DNA from: Raphidiopsis brookii D9
GTDB taxonomy: Bacteria > Cyanobacteriota > Cyanobacteriia > Cyanobacteriales > Nostocaceae
Direction of reading: 5' to 3'
DNA: 32,000 nucleotides
Assembly (NCBI GenBank): GCA_000175855.1
Contig: ACYB01000021.1
Span: 1 to 32,000, forward strand
This document shows, in pieces, positions 1 to 9,361 of the stretch. A program made the translations under genes and the position numbers. A model generated the notes under the pieces. It ran no database searches, was not told the DNA's origin, and was given only the letters and a program-made list of their open reading frames with translations. Each line of letters opens with the position of its first letter. Positions within the stretch are counted from its first letter, which is position 1.

Positions 1-299
1 CCCCTTGGATTTAGCAGCTGGTGCTGTCTGACCACTTTGTCACCCCTTAACAACACTAACACTCGTCAGTGCGATTACGAAGCACTCACTACGGGAGAGA
101 GCTTTTCTCATATGCTCTGTTTATTTAGGCTTGTCAAGTATAGTTTAATTAGTTGAGGGGAGTATTTCACCTCTCTAACCCCAAAAATGATCCAAATACT
201 AACAAAAATAACAAGTGTATTTGTGTTTGGATAAAATTTAATACATTTGCACTTTTTGTGTATGCTACACCTAACACAAGGAAATTTTAACTTCTTATG

Positions 300-339
300 T
301 GTTATGTATTTTCCATATTATGTTATGTATTTTCCATAT
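300..339. repeat. Perfect 19-bp tandem direct repeat (TGTTATGTATTTTCCATAT x2, 21-bp period) upstream of carB
   Basis: Identical 19-mers read at 300-318 and 321-339, separated by TA. The core TGTATTTTCC recurs at 375-384. Confidence 0.9.
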
Positions 340-402
340 ATTTTGTTAACAGTTAGTTCATAATAGTCAAGATTTGTATTTTCCTGATCTAAAGTAAAAA
401 CT

Positions 403-3400
403 ATGCCCCGTCGTCAAGATATCCACAAAATACTTCTGTTAGGTTCTGGTCCAATCGTGATTGGTCAGGCCTGTGAGTTTGATTACTCAGGTACTCAAGC
501 ATGTAAAGCTTTACGGGAAGAGGGTTTTGAAGTAGTACTAGTCAATTCTAACCCTGCTACCATTATGACCGACCCAGAAACAGCAGACCGCACCTATATT
601 GAACCTTTAACACCAGAAATGGTGGCTAAGGTTATAGCTAAAGAACGTCCTGATGCTCTTCTTCCTACTATGGGTGGACAAACTGCTTTAAATATTGCCG
701 TAGCTTTGGCTAAGAATGGTGTTTTAGAAGAGTATAATGTTGAGCTGATTGGTGCTAAATTACCAGCAATTGAAAAAGCTGAGGACAGAAAATTGTTTAA
801 TGACGCCATGGAGAAAATTGGCGTGAGTGTTTGTCCCAGTGGTACAGCATCCACTTTGGAAGAATCAAAGGCGATCGCACAGAGAATAGGATCTTACCCG
901 TTAATTATTCGTCCAGCTTTTACCATGGGGGGTACTGGCGGGGGTATTGCCTACAATAAGGAAGAATTTGAAGTGATGGCCCAGGTGGGTATTGATGCTA
1001 GTCCTGTGTCGCAAATTTTAATTGACCAGTCTTTACTGGGTTGGAAAGAATATGAGTTGGAAGTAATGCGAGATTTAGCAGATAATGTGGTAATTATCTG
1101 TTCTATTGAAAATTTAGATCCTATGGGGATACATACCGGGGATTCTATTACTGTAGCTCCAGCTCAAACCCTAACGGATAAGGAATACCAACGATTGCGG
1201 GATATGGCAATTAAGATTATCCGGGAAATAGGGGTAGAAACGGGGGGTTCTAATATTCAATTTGCTGTCAATCCGGTAAATGGGGATGTGGTGGTGATTG
1301 AAATGAACCCCCGTGTATCGCGGAGTTCTGCTTTAGCTTCTAAAGCTACTGGGTTTCCTATTGCTAAAATGGCCGCTAAATTGGCTGTGGGTTATACTTT
1401 GGATGAGATTAAAAATGATATTACCAAAAAAACCCCTGCATCTTTTGAACCTACTATTGACTATGTGGTGACTAAGATTCCCCGGTTTGCTTTTGAGAAG
1501 TTCCCTGGATCAGATCCGGTCTTAACCACTCAAATGAAGTCTGTGGGTGAAGCAATGGCTATTGGCAGAACTTTTAATGAGTCTTTCCAAAAGGCTTTAC
1601 GCTCTTTGGAAACTGGTCGTGCTGGATGGGGAGCAGATAAAGCGGAAAAGCTACCCAGTGGAGAACAGGTTCGCGCTCAATTACGCACCCCCAATCCCGA
1701 AAGAATTTTTGCCCTACGTCATGCTATGCAGTTGGGTATGAGCAATGAGGAAATTTATGAATTGACTGCTATTGACCCCTGGTTTTTGGATAAACTGCAC
1801 CAAATTCTCGAAACTGAGAAGTTCTTGAAACGCACACCTCTACAACAACTGACAAAGGTGCAGATGTATGAGGTTAAACGTAATGGTTTTAGCGATCGCC
1901 AAATTGCTTTTTGCACTAAAACGAAGGAGGATGAGGTTAGAGTATATCGTAAACAATTGGGTGTGATTCCAGTTTATAAGACTGTGGATACCTGTGCAGC
2001 GGAGTTTGAGGCTTTTACACCCTATTATTATTCCACCTATGAGGAGGAAACTGAAATTCTACCCACTGATAAGCCCAAGGTAATGATCTTGGGTGGTGGA
2101 CCTAATCGTATTGGTCAGGGAATAGAATTTGATTATTGTTGCTGTCATGCAGCTTATGCCTTAAAATCCGCCAACTATGAAACCATTATGGTTAATTCTA
2201 ATCCAGAAACGGTTTCTACAGATTATGATACCAGCGATCGCCTATATTTTGAACCTCTGACCAAGGAGGATGTTCTCAACATTATTGAAGCGGAAAATCC
2301 GGTGGGGATTATTGTTCAGTTTGGTGGACAAACTCCTCTCAAATTAGCAGTCCCCCTACAAGAATACTTGCAGCAATCCCCATCCACAGTTACCCGTATT
2401 TGGGGAACATCTCCTGATTCTATTGATATGGCGGAAAATCGCGAGCGATTTGAAAAAATTCTGGAAGAACTAAAAATCGCTCAACCAGCTAATGGTATAG
2501 CCAGAAGTTATGAAGATGCCTTAATTGTAGCGAAACGCATTGGCTATCCAGTGGTAGTTCGCCCCAGTTACGTTTTGGGAGGAAGAGCTATGGAAATAGT
2601 TTACTCTGACTCGGAATTAGAAAGATATATGAGCTTTGCAGTTCAAGTAGAGCCAGAACATCCTATCCTCATTGATAAGTTCCTGGAAAATGCCATTGAA
2701 GTTGATGTCGATGCGATCGCTGATCATCAAGGGAGAGTAGTGATTGGTGGCATTATGGAACACATTGAACAGGCGGGTATTCACTCGGGAGACTCGGCAT
2801 GTTCCCTCCCTTCTATTTCTCTTTCTCCTGCAGTTTTGAACCAAATTAGAACTTGGACTGTAGAACTGGCAAAAGCCTTATCAGTAGTTGGTTTAATGAA
2901 CATTCAGTTTGCCGTTGTGGGTGCTAGTAGCTATTCTCCCCAGGTTTACATTTTAGAGGCCAATCCCCGAGCCTCTCGTACGGTGCCGTTTGTCTCTAAA
3001 GCTACAGGAGTTCCCCTAGCTAGATTGGCATCCCTAATTATGTCTGGTAAAACACTGGAAGAATTAAACTTTACCCGAGAAGTTATTCCCCAACATATAG
3101 CAGTTAAGGAAGCTGTTTTACCCTTTAATAAATTCCCCGGTACAGATACCCTATTAGGACCGGAAATGCGTTCAACCGGGGAGGTAATGGGTATTGACGT
3201 TGATTTTGGGCGAGCATTTGCCAAAGCAGAAATGGGTGCAGGGGAAAAATTACCACTCCAAGGTACTGTGTTTGTATCTATGAGCGATCGAGATAAAAGC
3301 TTAGTAGTGGAAGTAATCAAAGAATTTATTCAGCTGGGCTTTAAGGTGATTGCTACCCAGGGGACAAGTGAATTTCTTAGGGAACAGGGTCTAAAAATTG

Positions 3401-3654
3401 AGACCATTCTCAAACTACACGAAGGTCGTCCCCACGTGCTGGATGCCATTAAAAACCGACAAATTCAATTAATCATTAACACACCCTCAGGACAAGAAGC
3501 CCGAACTGATGGACAGTTGATTAGACGTACAGCATTAGGGTATAAGATACCTATAATTACCACTATAGCGGGTGCAAAAGCAACCGTAGCTGCTATTCGC
3601 TCTTTACAGAATATAAACTTGGATGTCAAAACCATTCAGGAATACTCTTTTTAA
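403..3654 (+). CDS. carB: Carbamoyl-phosphate synthase large subunit
   Basis: 1083-aa ORF with duplicated ATP-grasp halves ([15 protein letters not shown] near the N-terminus, [15 protein letters not shown] mid-protein). Paired [18 protein letters not shown] and [18 protein letters not shown] motifs and a C-terminal MGS-like domain. Length is typical of CarB. Confidence 0.97.
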   Translation: MPRRQDIHKILLLGSGPIVIGQACEFDYSGTQACKALREEGFEVVLVNSNPATIMTDPETADRTYIEPLTPEMVAKVIAKERPDALLPTMGGQTALNIAVALAKNGVLEEYNVELIGAKLPAIEKAEDRKLFNDAMEKIGVSVCPSGTASTLEESKAIAQRIGSYPLIIRPAFTMGGTGGGIAYNKEEFEVMAQVGIDASPVSQILIDQSLLGWKEYELEVMRDLADNVVIICSIENLDPMGIHTGDSITVAPAQTLTDKEYQRLRDMAIKIIREIGVETGGSNIQFAVNPVNGDVVVIEMNPRVSRSSALASKATGFPIAKMAAKLAVGYTLDEIKNDITKKTPASFEPTIDYVVTKIPRFAFEKFPGSDPVLTTQMKSVGEAMAIGRTFNESFQKALRSLETGRAGWGADKAEKLPSGEQVRAQLRTPNPERIFALRHAMQLGMSNEEIYELTAIDPWFLDKLHQILETEKFLKRTPLQQLTKVQMYEVKRNGFSDRQIAFCTKTKEDEVRVYRKQLGVIPVYKTVDTCAAEFEAFTPYYYSTYEEETEILPTDKPKVMILGGGPNRIGQGIEFDYCCCHAAYALKSANYETIMVNSNPETVSTDYDTSDRLYFEPLTKEDVLNIIEAENPVGIIVQFGGQTPLKLAVPLQEYLQQSPSTVTRIWGTSPDSIDMAENRERFEKILEELKIAQPANGIARSYEDALIVAKRIGYPVVVRPSYVLGGRAMEIVYSDSELERYMSFAVQVEPEHPILIDKFLENAIEVDVDAIADHQGRVVIGGIMEHIEQAGIHSGDSACSLPSISLSPAVLNQIRTWTVELAKALSVVGLMNIQFAVVGASSYSPQVYILEANPRASRTVPFVSKATGVPLARLASLIMSGKTLEELNFTREVIPQHIAVKEAVLPFNKFPGTDTLLGPEMRSTGEVMGIDVDFGRAFAKAEMGAGEKLPLQGTVFVSMSDRDKSLVVEVIKEFIQLGFKVIATQGTSEFLREQGLKIETILKLHEGRPHVLDAIKNRQIQLIINTPSGQEARTDGQLIRRTALGYKIPIITTIAGAKATVAAIRSLQNINLDVKTIQEYSF

Positions 3655-4053
3655 AAACCTATTTTGCCAGGTCTCCACATCAAGGGGAATTAATTAATGG
3701 CGTGATTGCTGGATAGAGGTTATAGCTCACCCCCTTAAGGGTGGGCATAACTGGAATTTGGAAACAACCTTTGTCAATATGGGTAAATCAATATGGTTAC
3801 TATTGAGAGATATTAACAATTATGTGGTGTGTGGCGACTCATAATATAAATATAACTAAAACGCTCAGGGGGGGGAGTTGATGGCTAAAAGTGATTACTG
3901 AGCAGTTGATTCATCAATTAACCGTACTCTATAAAACCAAAAAGGTTCGGGTTTCTCGGTAGTCAACTTTTCTCATAAAAGTTACAATTCGTAATAATCA
4001 CATCAAGTAAAAATATTTGACGGATTACTTAAAATACTGTATGTAGTTTATAT

Positions 4054-4067
4054 GTACTTTTCAGTAC
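4054..4067 (+). promoter_or_regulatory. Candidate NtcA-type site GTA-N8-TAC upstream of the sigma-factor gene
   Basis: GTACTTTTCAGTAC matches the GTAN8TAC consensus exactly, 142 nt before ATG 4209. No well-spaced TAN3T -10 box was found. The motif has only 6 specified bases, so chance hits are expected in 32 kb. Confidence 0.25.
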
Positions 4068-4208
4068 CAATAAATCACCATAACCTCTAACAGTTAAAAA
4101 GCCTCTATCGAGTTGATATCAACAACCGAGCTGATCGGGTGTATAAGTTACAAGACTTGAGATGGTTTCCCAGTTTACCTGAGTTGTAAAATAGTAAGGC
4201 ATTAGCTA

Positions 4209-5207
4209 ATGACACTACCAGCAAACCCAGCATCATTAAACAGTAACGCCATGAAAACCGCTCAAACACCCACGGACATAGTGCGGACTTACCTGCGGGA
4301 GATTGGCAAAGTACCACTTTTAACCCATGAACAGGAGATTTATTATGGTAAACAGGTGCAAAAATCCACAGCATTGTATGAGACAAAAGATAATCTAGCT
4401 CAGGAGTTAAACCGTCAACCAAGTTTAGAAGAGTGGGCAAAAGCAGCACAGTTAGATCCACAAGAATTAAATCGGTTGCTGGCTCAGGGGGAAATTGCTA
4501 AACGTAAGATGGTAGAAGCCAATTTACGTCTGTTAGTATCTGTGGCCAAAAAATATATTAAGCGTAATGTAGACCTACTGGATTTAATTCAGGAGGGTAG
4601 TATAGGGATGCAGCGGGGCGTGGAGAAATTTGACCCCAGTAAAGGCTATAGGTTTTCTACCTATGCTTATTGGTGGATACGTCAGGCAATTACTCGTGCT
4701 ATTGCAGAAAAAGCTAGGACTATTAGACTGCCTATACATATTACTGAAAAACTCAACAAAATCAAAAAAGCCCAAAGGGATTTATCACAAACCTTGGGAA
4801 GGTCACCAAGTATAGCTGAACTTGCCCAAGAGCTGGAAATAACACCTAAACAAGTGAGGGACTGTTTAGAAAAAGCCCGCTTACCCTTATCCCTGGACTT
4901 ACGTTTAGGAGATAATTACGACACTGAACTGGGAGAAATGCTAGAAGACCCGGGTGCGTCACCGGAGGATTATGTGATTCAATCTTCCCTATCTTCCGAA
5001 TTAGAGCGGATGATGACCCATCTCACTACCCAGCAAAGGGAGGTAATTAAACTGCGTTTTGGTTTGGTAGACGGTCAGTCTATGACCTTGGCCAGAATTG
5101 GAGAGGTGCTGAATATTAGTCGAGAGAGGGTGCGACAAATTGAAAGAGAAGCCTTAACAAGACTGCGTAGATGTAAAACTAGCATGAGTGAATATCTTGT
5201 TAGTTAA
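4209..5207 (+). CDS. RNA polymerase sigma factor, group 2 (RpoD/SigA family)
   Basis: Sigma70 regions are readable: 1.2 ([19 protein letters not shown]), 2 ([53 protein letters not shown]), 3, and the 4.2 HTH ([23 protein letters not shown]). At 332 aa it is too short for primary SigA. The start could instead be ATG 4251. Confidence 0.93.
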   Translation: MTLPANPASLNSNAMKTAQTPTDIVRTYLREIGKVPLLTHEQEIYYGKQVQKSTALYETKDNLAQELNRQPSLEEWAKAAQLDPQELNRLLAQGEIAKRKMVEANLRLLVSVAKKYIKRNVDLLDLIQEGSIGMQRGVEKFDPSKGYRFSTYAYWWIRQAITRAIAEKARTIRLPIHITEKLNKIKKAQRDLSQTLGRSPSIAELAQELEITPKQVRDCLEKARLPLSLDLRLGDNYDTELGEMLEDPGASPEDYVIQSSLSSELERMMTHLTTQQREVIKLRFGLVDGQSMTLARIGEVLNISRERVRQIEREALTRLRRCKTSMSEYLVS

Positions 5208-5440
5208 GTGGAAAACAGGGGGTTAGGTATGGGACTTCCCCGTTCACGCTCCCTGTTCGGACAACTGATCTAATTTTTGTACGGTTAAACCTAATCTCCA
5301 GATTCAGAATAACCTGTTATATTAAATATCAGGTCGTAAGCTTAAATTTTTTATCAATATTTCAGATACAAAACCGTTAACTGGCTAATTATTTAGGTAT
5401 CAATTATCAGATTACGTAGTTGTAGCAAAGGAGAGCAGCA

Positions 5441-5788
5441 GTGAGTAACCAACCTAAGGAAGTATCCGAGTTTTTTCATGGTGAGGTTGAGAACAGTAAC
5501 CTCTTATGGCAATACGTTAAGTCTTTGAGTCCTGAAGCAGTAAATCAACTGTCTAAACCTACATCCTCAGAAGTGTTTCAAGTAATGGAGCGCAACATTG
5601 TGGGACTACTGGGTAATTTACCCTCAGAACACTTTGGAATTACCATTACCACAAGTAAGGAAAACTTGGGTAGATTGCTTGCTTCAGCAATGATCAGTGG
5701 TTATTTTTTACGTAATGCGGAGCAGAGAATGAACTTTGATCTGTCCCTGGATAAAACTGAAACAAACAGAAGCGACACAAAGCCTTAA
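5441..5788 (+). CDS. DUF760-family protein (conserved cyanobacterial/plastid-lineage protein)
   Basis: 115-aa ORF with a GTG start preceded by AAGGAGAG. The block FQVMERNIVGLLGNLPSEHFGITITTSKENLGRLLASAMISGYFLRNAEQR matches what I recall of DUF760 proteins. Confidence 0.75.
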   Translation: MSNQPKEVSEFFHGEVENSNLLWQYVKSLSPEAVNQLSKPTSSEVFQVMERNIVGLLGNLPSEHFGITITTSKENLGRLLASAMISGYFLRNAEQRMNFDLSLDKTETNRSDTKP

Positions 5789-5812
5789 GTTAGACGGTGT
5801 TAGCCTTTTAAT

Positions 5813-6232
5813 ATGATAACTCCCAAACCTCAACAGAACACCAATCCTCCCCATAAAATTATTGGGGTTGGGGTGATTTGGAATCAGGAAAAACAAATTT
5901 TAATTGATCGTCGTTTACCCACAGGATCTATGGCCAATCTATGGGAGTTTCCTGGTGGGAAGCTGGAGGAAGGGGAAACCATCCAAGATTGTATAGTGCG
6001 GGAGATCAGGGAAGAATTAGGCATTAAAATTGCCGTGAGGGAACATTTGATAACCATTGACCATACCTATTCCCACCTGCGGGTAACCTTAAGCGTCTAT
6101 CACTGCGACTATCTGGATGGCACTCCCCAGTCCATAGAGTGTGCTGAATTCCGTTGGGTCAATTTAGATGATTTAGAGCATTTTGAATTTCCTGCTGCCA
6201 ATGGACAGATTATTGCAGCTTTAAACAGGTAA
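5813..6232 (+). CDS. mutT: Nudix hydrolase, MutT-like 8-oxo-dGTP diphosphatase
   Basis: Canonical Nudix box GGKLEEGETIQDCIVREIREELGI (GX5EX7REUXEEXGU). The 139-aa size is typical of MutT. Confidence 0.85.
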   Translation: MITPKPQQNTNPPHKIIGVGVIWNQEKQILIDRRLPTGSMANLWEFPGGKLEEGETIQDCIVREIREELGIKIAVREHLITIDHTYSHLRVTLSVYHCDYLDGTPQSIECAEFRWVNLDDLEHFEFPAANGQIIAALNR

Positions 6233-6363
6233 CAATCAGAATAAATCTCACGCCCCAACCCACCCCTAAAAGTATCGGTGAAATAGCTCTCCTTTAAGAG
6301 TATACTTAGGTAGTTTTGGATAAGTTTTATTAGAGTGATCTTTTTCGCCAATTCTCAAATCGA

Positions 6364-6444
6364 ATGTCAATAACAGAACATAAAATAACAGTAAACTCAC
6401 TGGAATGGTTTCATAGAAAAGCTGACCCCCTAGAATTTTATTGA
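6364..6444 (+). pseudogene. N-terminal remnant (26 codons) of an alpha/beta-hydrolase gene
   Basis: The ATG ORF MSITEHKITVNSLEWFHRKADPLEFY then stops. KITVNSLEW parallels the N-terminus of the intact hydrolase in this window (NMEISYLEW at 10578..11438). It pairs with the C-terminal remnant at 7140-7574. Confidence 0.45.
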
Positions 6445-6493
6445 TGAAACAATTTTTGCTGGTAGCTAGTTAAGTTTAGAAGGAGTTGATGTT

Positions 6494-6709
6494 ATGTTAG
6501 TTAAAGGAATTAAAAAAGGCAAAACTATTGAGTTATTAGAGGAAGTTGATTTTCCTGATAATGAAGAGTTATTAATGGAAATTAGAGAGGTTAATGATTT
6601 TTGGTCAGCCTTGGAGGATTTTAGACAAAGAGTAGATTTGGCAAGTCTTGATGATGATACTTTTGATAGTTTACGGGACAAGTCAACAGGGAGAGATGTT
6701 CGTTTATGA
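6494..6709 (+). CDS. Type II antitoxin (small DUF104/AF2212-like N-terminus with acidic C-terminal tail), partner of VapC
   Basis: 71-aa ORF with an AGGAG RBS 8 nt upstream. Its stop overlaps the downstream PIN gene start in ATGA (6706-6709). The N-terminal beta-rich pattern MLVKGIKKGKTIELLEEVDFPDNEELLMEIRE is typical of small antitoxins found upstream of PIN toxins in cyanobacteria. Confidence 0.7.
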   Translation: MLVKGIKKGKTIELLEEVDFPDNEELLMEIREVNDFWSALEDFRQRVDLASLDDDTFDSLRDKSTGRDVRL

Positions 6710-7125
6710 CTCTCAAATATTTGCTAGATACTAATATTTTGTCAGAGGCTAAACGACCTCACCCGAATCAGAAGGTCATGACGAAGCTAAGATTATCTAA
6801 ACGAGAAATAGCCACAGCTACTCTAGTAATCCATGAGCTATTATTTGGTTGTTTTCGACTTTCTCTGTCTAAAAAACGCCAAGACTTAGAGGATTATGTA
6901 AATAACGTTATTTTAGCCAATCTACCTTTATTCGATTATGACTTAAAATCAGCCGAATATCACGCACGGGAAAGGTCAAGGTTGTCTAAAGTCGGTAAGA
7001 GTCCTGCTTTTGTCGATGGTCAAATAGCGTCTATTGCTTTTACCAACAATTTGACTTTAGTTACCAATAATGTTGATGATTTTAAAGATTTAGAAGGTTT
7101 AGTGATTGAAAATTGGTTTCTCTAA
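6706..7125 (+). CDS. vapC: PIN-domain ribonuclease toxin VapC
   Basis: 139 aa with the N-terminal LLDTNIL acidic motif, mid-protein HE, and C-terminal VTNNVDDF. It has 4-bp translational coupling to the upstream small ORF. Confidence 0.88.
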   Translation: MTLKYLLDTNILSEAKRPHPNQKVMTKLRLSKREIATATLVIHELLFGCFRLSLSKKRQDLEDYVNNVILANLPLFDYDLKSAEYHARERSRLSKVGKSPAFVDGQIASIAFTNNLTLVTNNVDDFKDLEGLVIENWFL

Positions 7126-7139
7126 TCTGTAATTGTTCC

Positions 7140-7574
7140 GTGTTAATACTCGATAAATCATTTCAGCTAAAAATGTCTAGGCTGAATGATCCTATCCGTT
7201 ACCTTTCCCACCCCATAATGCTCCCCCAGAAAGATGATCACTGCGTCATCGATCGTAACGATAAGGGTCACCTCGAAAAATAGCGTTGCACCTGTCAATA
7301 CTATCGCCAATTTTTCCAAATATGTCTGAAACCCTATTTACAGCGTCATGATTTTATTGGGTTTCAGGATTTTGGCTAAGGTACTGAGTGCAGAACTATT
7401 GATCCTTGGTTGTCTGTAGAACTGGTGGAGAGTTTTGCTCAATCTGTACCCGATGTTGAAATCATAAAACTTAACAATGTGGGTCATTATCCTCAAGAGC
7501 ATTACCACGAGGTGATCTTACAGGATTTATTAGCCTTTGTGCGCTTGACCAGTACCCAGGCGCAAAAATCCTGA
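7140..7574 (+). pseudogene. C-terminal remnant of an alpha/beta-hydrolase gene with two in-frame stops
   Basis: A single frame reads ...YLQRHDFIGFQDFG*GTECRTIDPWLSVELVESFAQSVPDVEIIKLNNVGHYPQEHYHEVILQDLLAFVRL...*. In-frame TAG lies at 7281-7283 and TAA at 7377-7379. The DPWL...GHYPQEH...FV tail is the usual catalytic-His end of alpha/beta hydrolases. No nucleophile GxSxG segment is present. Confidence 0.6.
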
Positions 7575-7640
7575 TCAGGTAGGCTAAATATACAATCATC
7601 TACAATTGTCTGTAACTTGAATCGGAGTGATTGAGAACTT

Positions 7641-8252
7641 ATGGCTTATTATTGGTTTAAAGCATTTCATATTGTTGGTTTTGTAGTCTGGTTTGCTGGT
7701 TTATTTTATCTAGTACGGTTGTTTATCTACCACGCTGAGGCCAATCAAGAACCTGAACCAGCTAAGACCATACTGAAAAATCAGTATCAAATCATGGAAA
7801 AACGTCTTTATCATATCATCACCATCCCTGGAATGATCGTCACTTTAGCTATGGCTGGTGGTATTATTTATACCAATCCCGATCTATTTCACGAAACTTG
7901 GTTGCATTTCAAGTTGGGGTTTGTAGGGATTTTATTAGTCTATCATCATTACTGTGGTAGATTGATGAAACAGTTGGCTGCAAATGAGTGCAAGTGGAGT
8001 GGAAAGCAACTAAGAGCTCTAAATGAAGCACCAACTTTGCTATTAGTTATCATTGTTATGTTGGCTATTTTCAAAAATAATCTCCCCACTGATATTACTG
8101 CTTGGGTAATTTTTGGATTAGTGATTTTGATGGCTGCCAGTATTCAGATATATGCCAAAATTCGTAGACGAAATCAAGAAAAGTTGCTAGTGCAAATGAA
8201 TCAGATTAATCAAAACAATCCAACTGATCAGATTCCACAAGTCCAAAATTAG
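7641..8252 (+). CDS. hemJ: Protoporphyrinogen IX oxidase HemJ
   Basis: 203-aa polytopic membrane protein. The N-terminus MAYYWFKAFHIVGFVVWFAGLFYLVRLFIYHAE with the conserved His matches the cyanobacterial HemJ (slr1790-type) family. Confidence 0.88.
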   Translation: MAYYWFKAFHIVGFVVWFAGLFYLVRLFIYHAEANQEPEPAKTILKNQYQIMEKRLYHIITIPGMIVTLAMAGGIIYTNPDLFHETWLHFKLGFVGILLVYHHYCGRLMKQLAANECKWSGKQLRALNEAPTLLLVIIVMLAIFKNNLPTDITAWVIFGLVILMAASIQIYAKIRRRNQEKLLVQMNQINQNNPTDQIPQVQN

Positions 8253-8274
8253 ACGGCGCACAAAAAAGGGGGAA

Positions 8275-9177
8275 ATGGGGAATAATGAAATCATCTACAG
8301 TAATATGTCCCAAGAATTAGTAAATAGTTTATTTATCAATCGGGTAGCCGTTTTGGCAACCATGCACCATAAAGAAAATGTCATTGCTCCATTATTACAA
8401 AAGCAACTGGGGTTAGAAGTTGTTGTCCCAGCAAATTTTAACACCGATCAATTTGGTACGTTTACCAGGGAGATAAAACGTCCAGATACCCAAATAGTCA
8501 CGGCTAAATTAAAAGCCAAAAAAGCAATGGAAATGACTGGGGAAACTATAGGTATAGCAAGTGAGGGCAGTTTTGTGCCCCATCCTAATTTTCCTTATAT
8601 TTATGCCAATAGAGAAATTGTATTACTTTTAGATCAACAAAATGACTTACAAATTATGGGAGAGGTGTTTTCCACAGAGACCAATTTTAATCATTTGGTG
8701 ATCAATAGTTTTGAAGCGGCACAAAAATTTGCTGATAAAGTTGGTTTTCCCGACCATGGATTAGTGATTTGGCTTGAATCTTCCAATGGGCAAGATCCTG
8801 AAATTATTAAAGGTATCACCACTCAAGAACAGCTATATGAGTCTGTAAATTTTGCCTTAAATAATTCTCCCCATGGTAAGTTACACATAGAGACTGATAT
8901 GCGAGCACTTTATAATCCCACCCGCATGAACAACATTGCAAAAGCTACTCAGGATTTGGTGGAAAAAATTTACAGTTGTTGTCCTCAATGCAGTACACCC
9001 GGATTTAGCATTACCGACAGAACTCAAGGTTTGCCATGCGAAAGTTGTGGTCAGCCCACTTCATTAACTATGGGGGTAATTTACCAATGTCAAAAGTGCA
9101 ATTTTATCGAGCAGAAGTTATATCCCGATGGTAAATTTTTTGCTGATCCTGGATTATGTCCATATTGTAATCCCTAA
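8275..9177 (+). CDS. Conserved uncharacterised protein with a C-terminal double zinc-ribbon (4 x CxxC)
   Basis: 300-aa ORF starting 22 nt after hemJ, with a GGGGGA RBS-like run upstream. The C-terminal 65 aa carry CPQC, CESC, CQKC and CPYC. The N-terminal region (ATMHHKE, GTFTREIKR, ASEGSFVPHP) does not match any family whose function I know. Confidence 0.7.
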   Translation: MGNNEIIYSNMSQELVNSLFINRVAVLATMHHKENVIAPLLQKQLGLEVVVPANFNTDQFGTFTREIKRPDTQIVTAKLKAKKAMEMTGETIGIASEGSFVPHPNFPYIYANREIVLLLDQQNDLQIMGEVFSTETNFNHLVINSFEAAQKFADKVGFPDHGLVIWLESSNGQDPEIIKGITTQEQLYESVNFALNNSPHGKLHIETDMRALYNPTRMNNIAKATQDLVEKIYSCCPQCSTPGFSITDRTQGLPCESCGQPTSLTMGVIYQCQKCNFIEQKLYPDGKFFADPGLCPYCNP

Positions 9178-9212
9178 TAGTCTCTATAGCAATGCCCAAA
9201 ATCAGAATAAAG

Positions 9213-9271
9213 CCCCCTCCTGAAAATTTTAATTATGTAATTATGAAACAAATTAAAATTACAAGAGGAGG
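9213..9271. other. Long imperfect hairpin between convergent genes (possible bidirectional terminator or small RNA)
   Basis: CCTCC (9216-9220) pairs with GGAGG (9267-9271). AATTTTAATT (9225-9234) pairs perfectly with AATTAAAATT (9251-9260). The loop is 16 nt. Confidence 0.35.
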
Positions 9272-9361
9272 TTTGGAGCTAAAGTCCGGTAGGGTAATCG
9301 GGCTATTTAATATATAGTCTTGACTGGATACAAAACCAGTCTCTCTCTAGATAGATAAATT

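Noticed and set aside
1-165. ORFs at the left edge. A 23-codon minus-strand ATG ORF (40-111, MRKALSRSECFVIALTSVSVVKG) is followed after its TGA by an open frame leaving the window. A plus-strand frame is also open from nt 1 to about 165.
   Set aside because: Both are too short, interrupted by a stop, or lack any recognisable protein pattern. They could be a fragment of a gene outside the window, but this cannot be supported from here.
594-3320. Antisense and alternative-frame ORFs inside carB (594-854, 1547-1741, 2617-2844, 2946-3320).
   Set aside because: They lie fully inside a strongly supported 1083-aa gene. Their translations are low-complexity shadow-frame sequences with no motifs.
3728-3745. 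The CACCCCCTTAAGGGTGGG dyad as a rho-independent terminator of carB.
   Set aside because: The stem is short, no U-tract follows, and it lies 74 nt after the stop. This is insufficient for a terminator call.
4105-4461. 118-aa minus-strand ORF overlapping the sigma-factor start.
   Set aside because: It overlaps a well-supported CDS on the opposite strand and has no recognisable domains. It is a typical shadow ORF.
9243-9317. 24-codon ATG ORF (MKQIKITRGGLELKSGRVIGLFNI) inside the convergent intergenic hairpin.
   Set aside because: It is very short, has no RBS, and starts inside the hairpin loop. It cannot be distinguished from chance.
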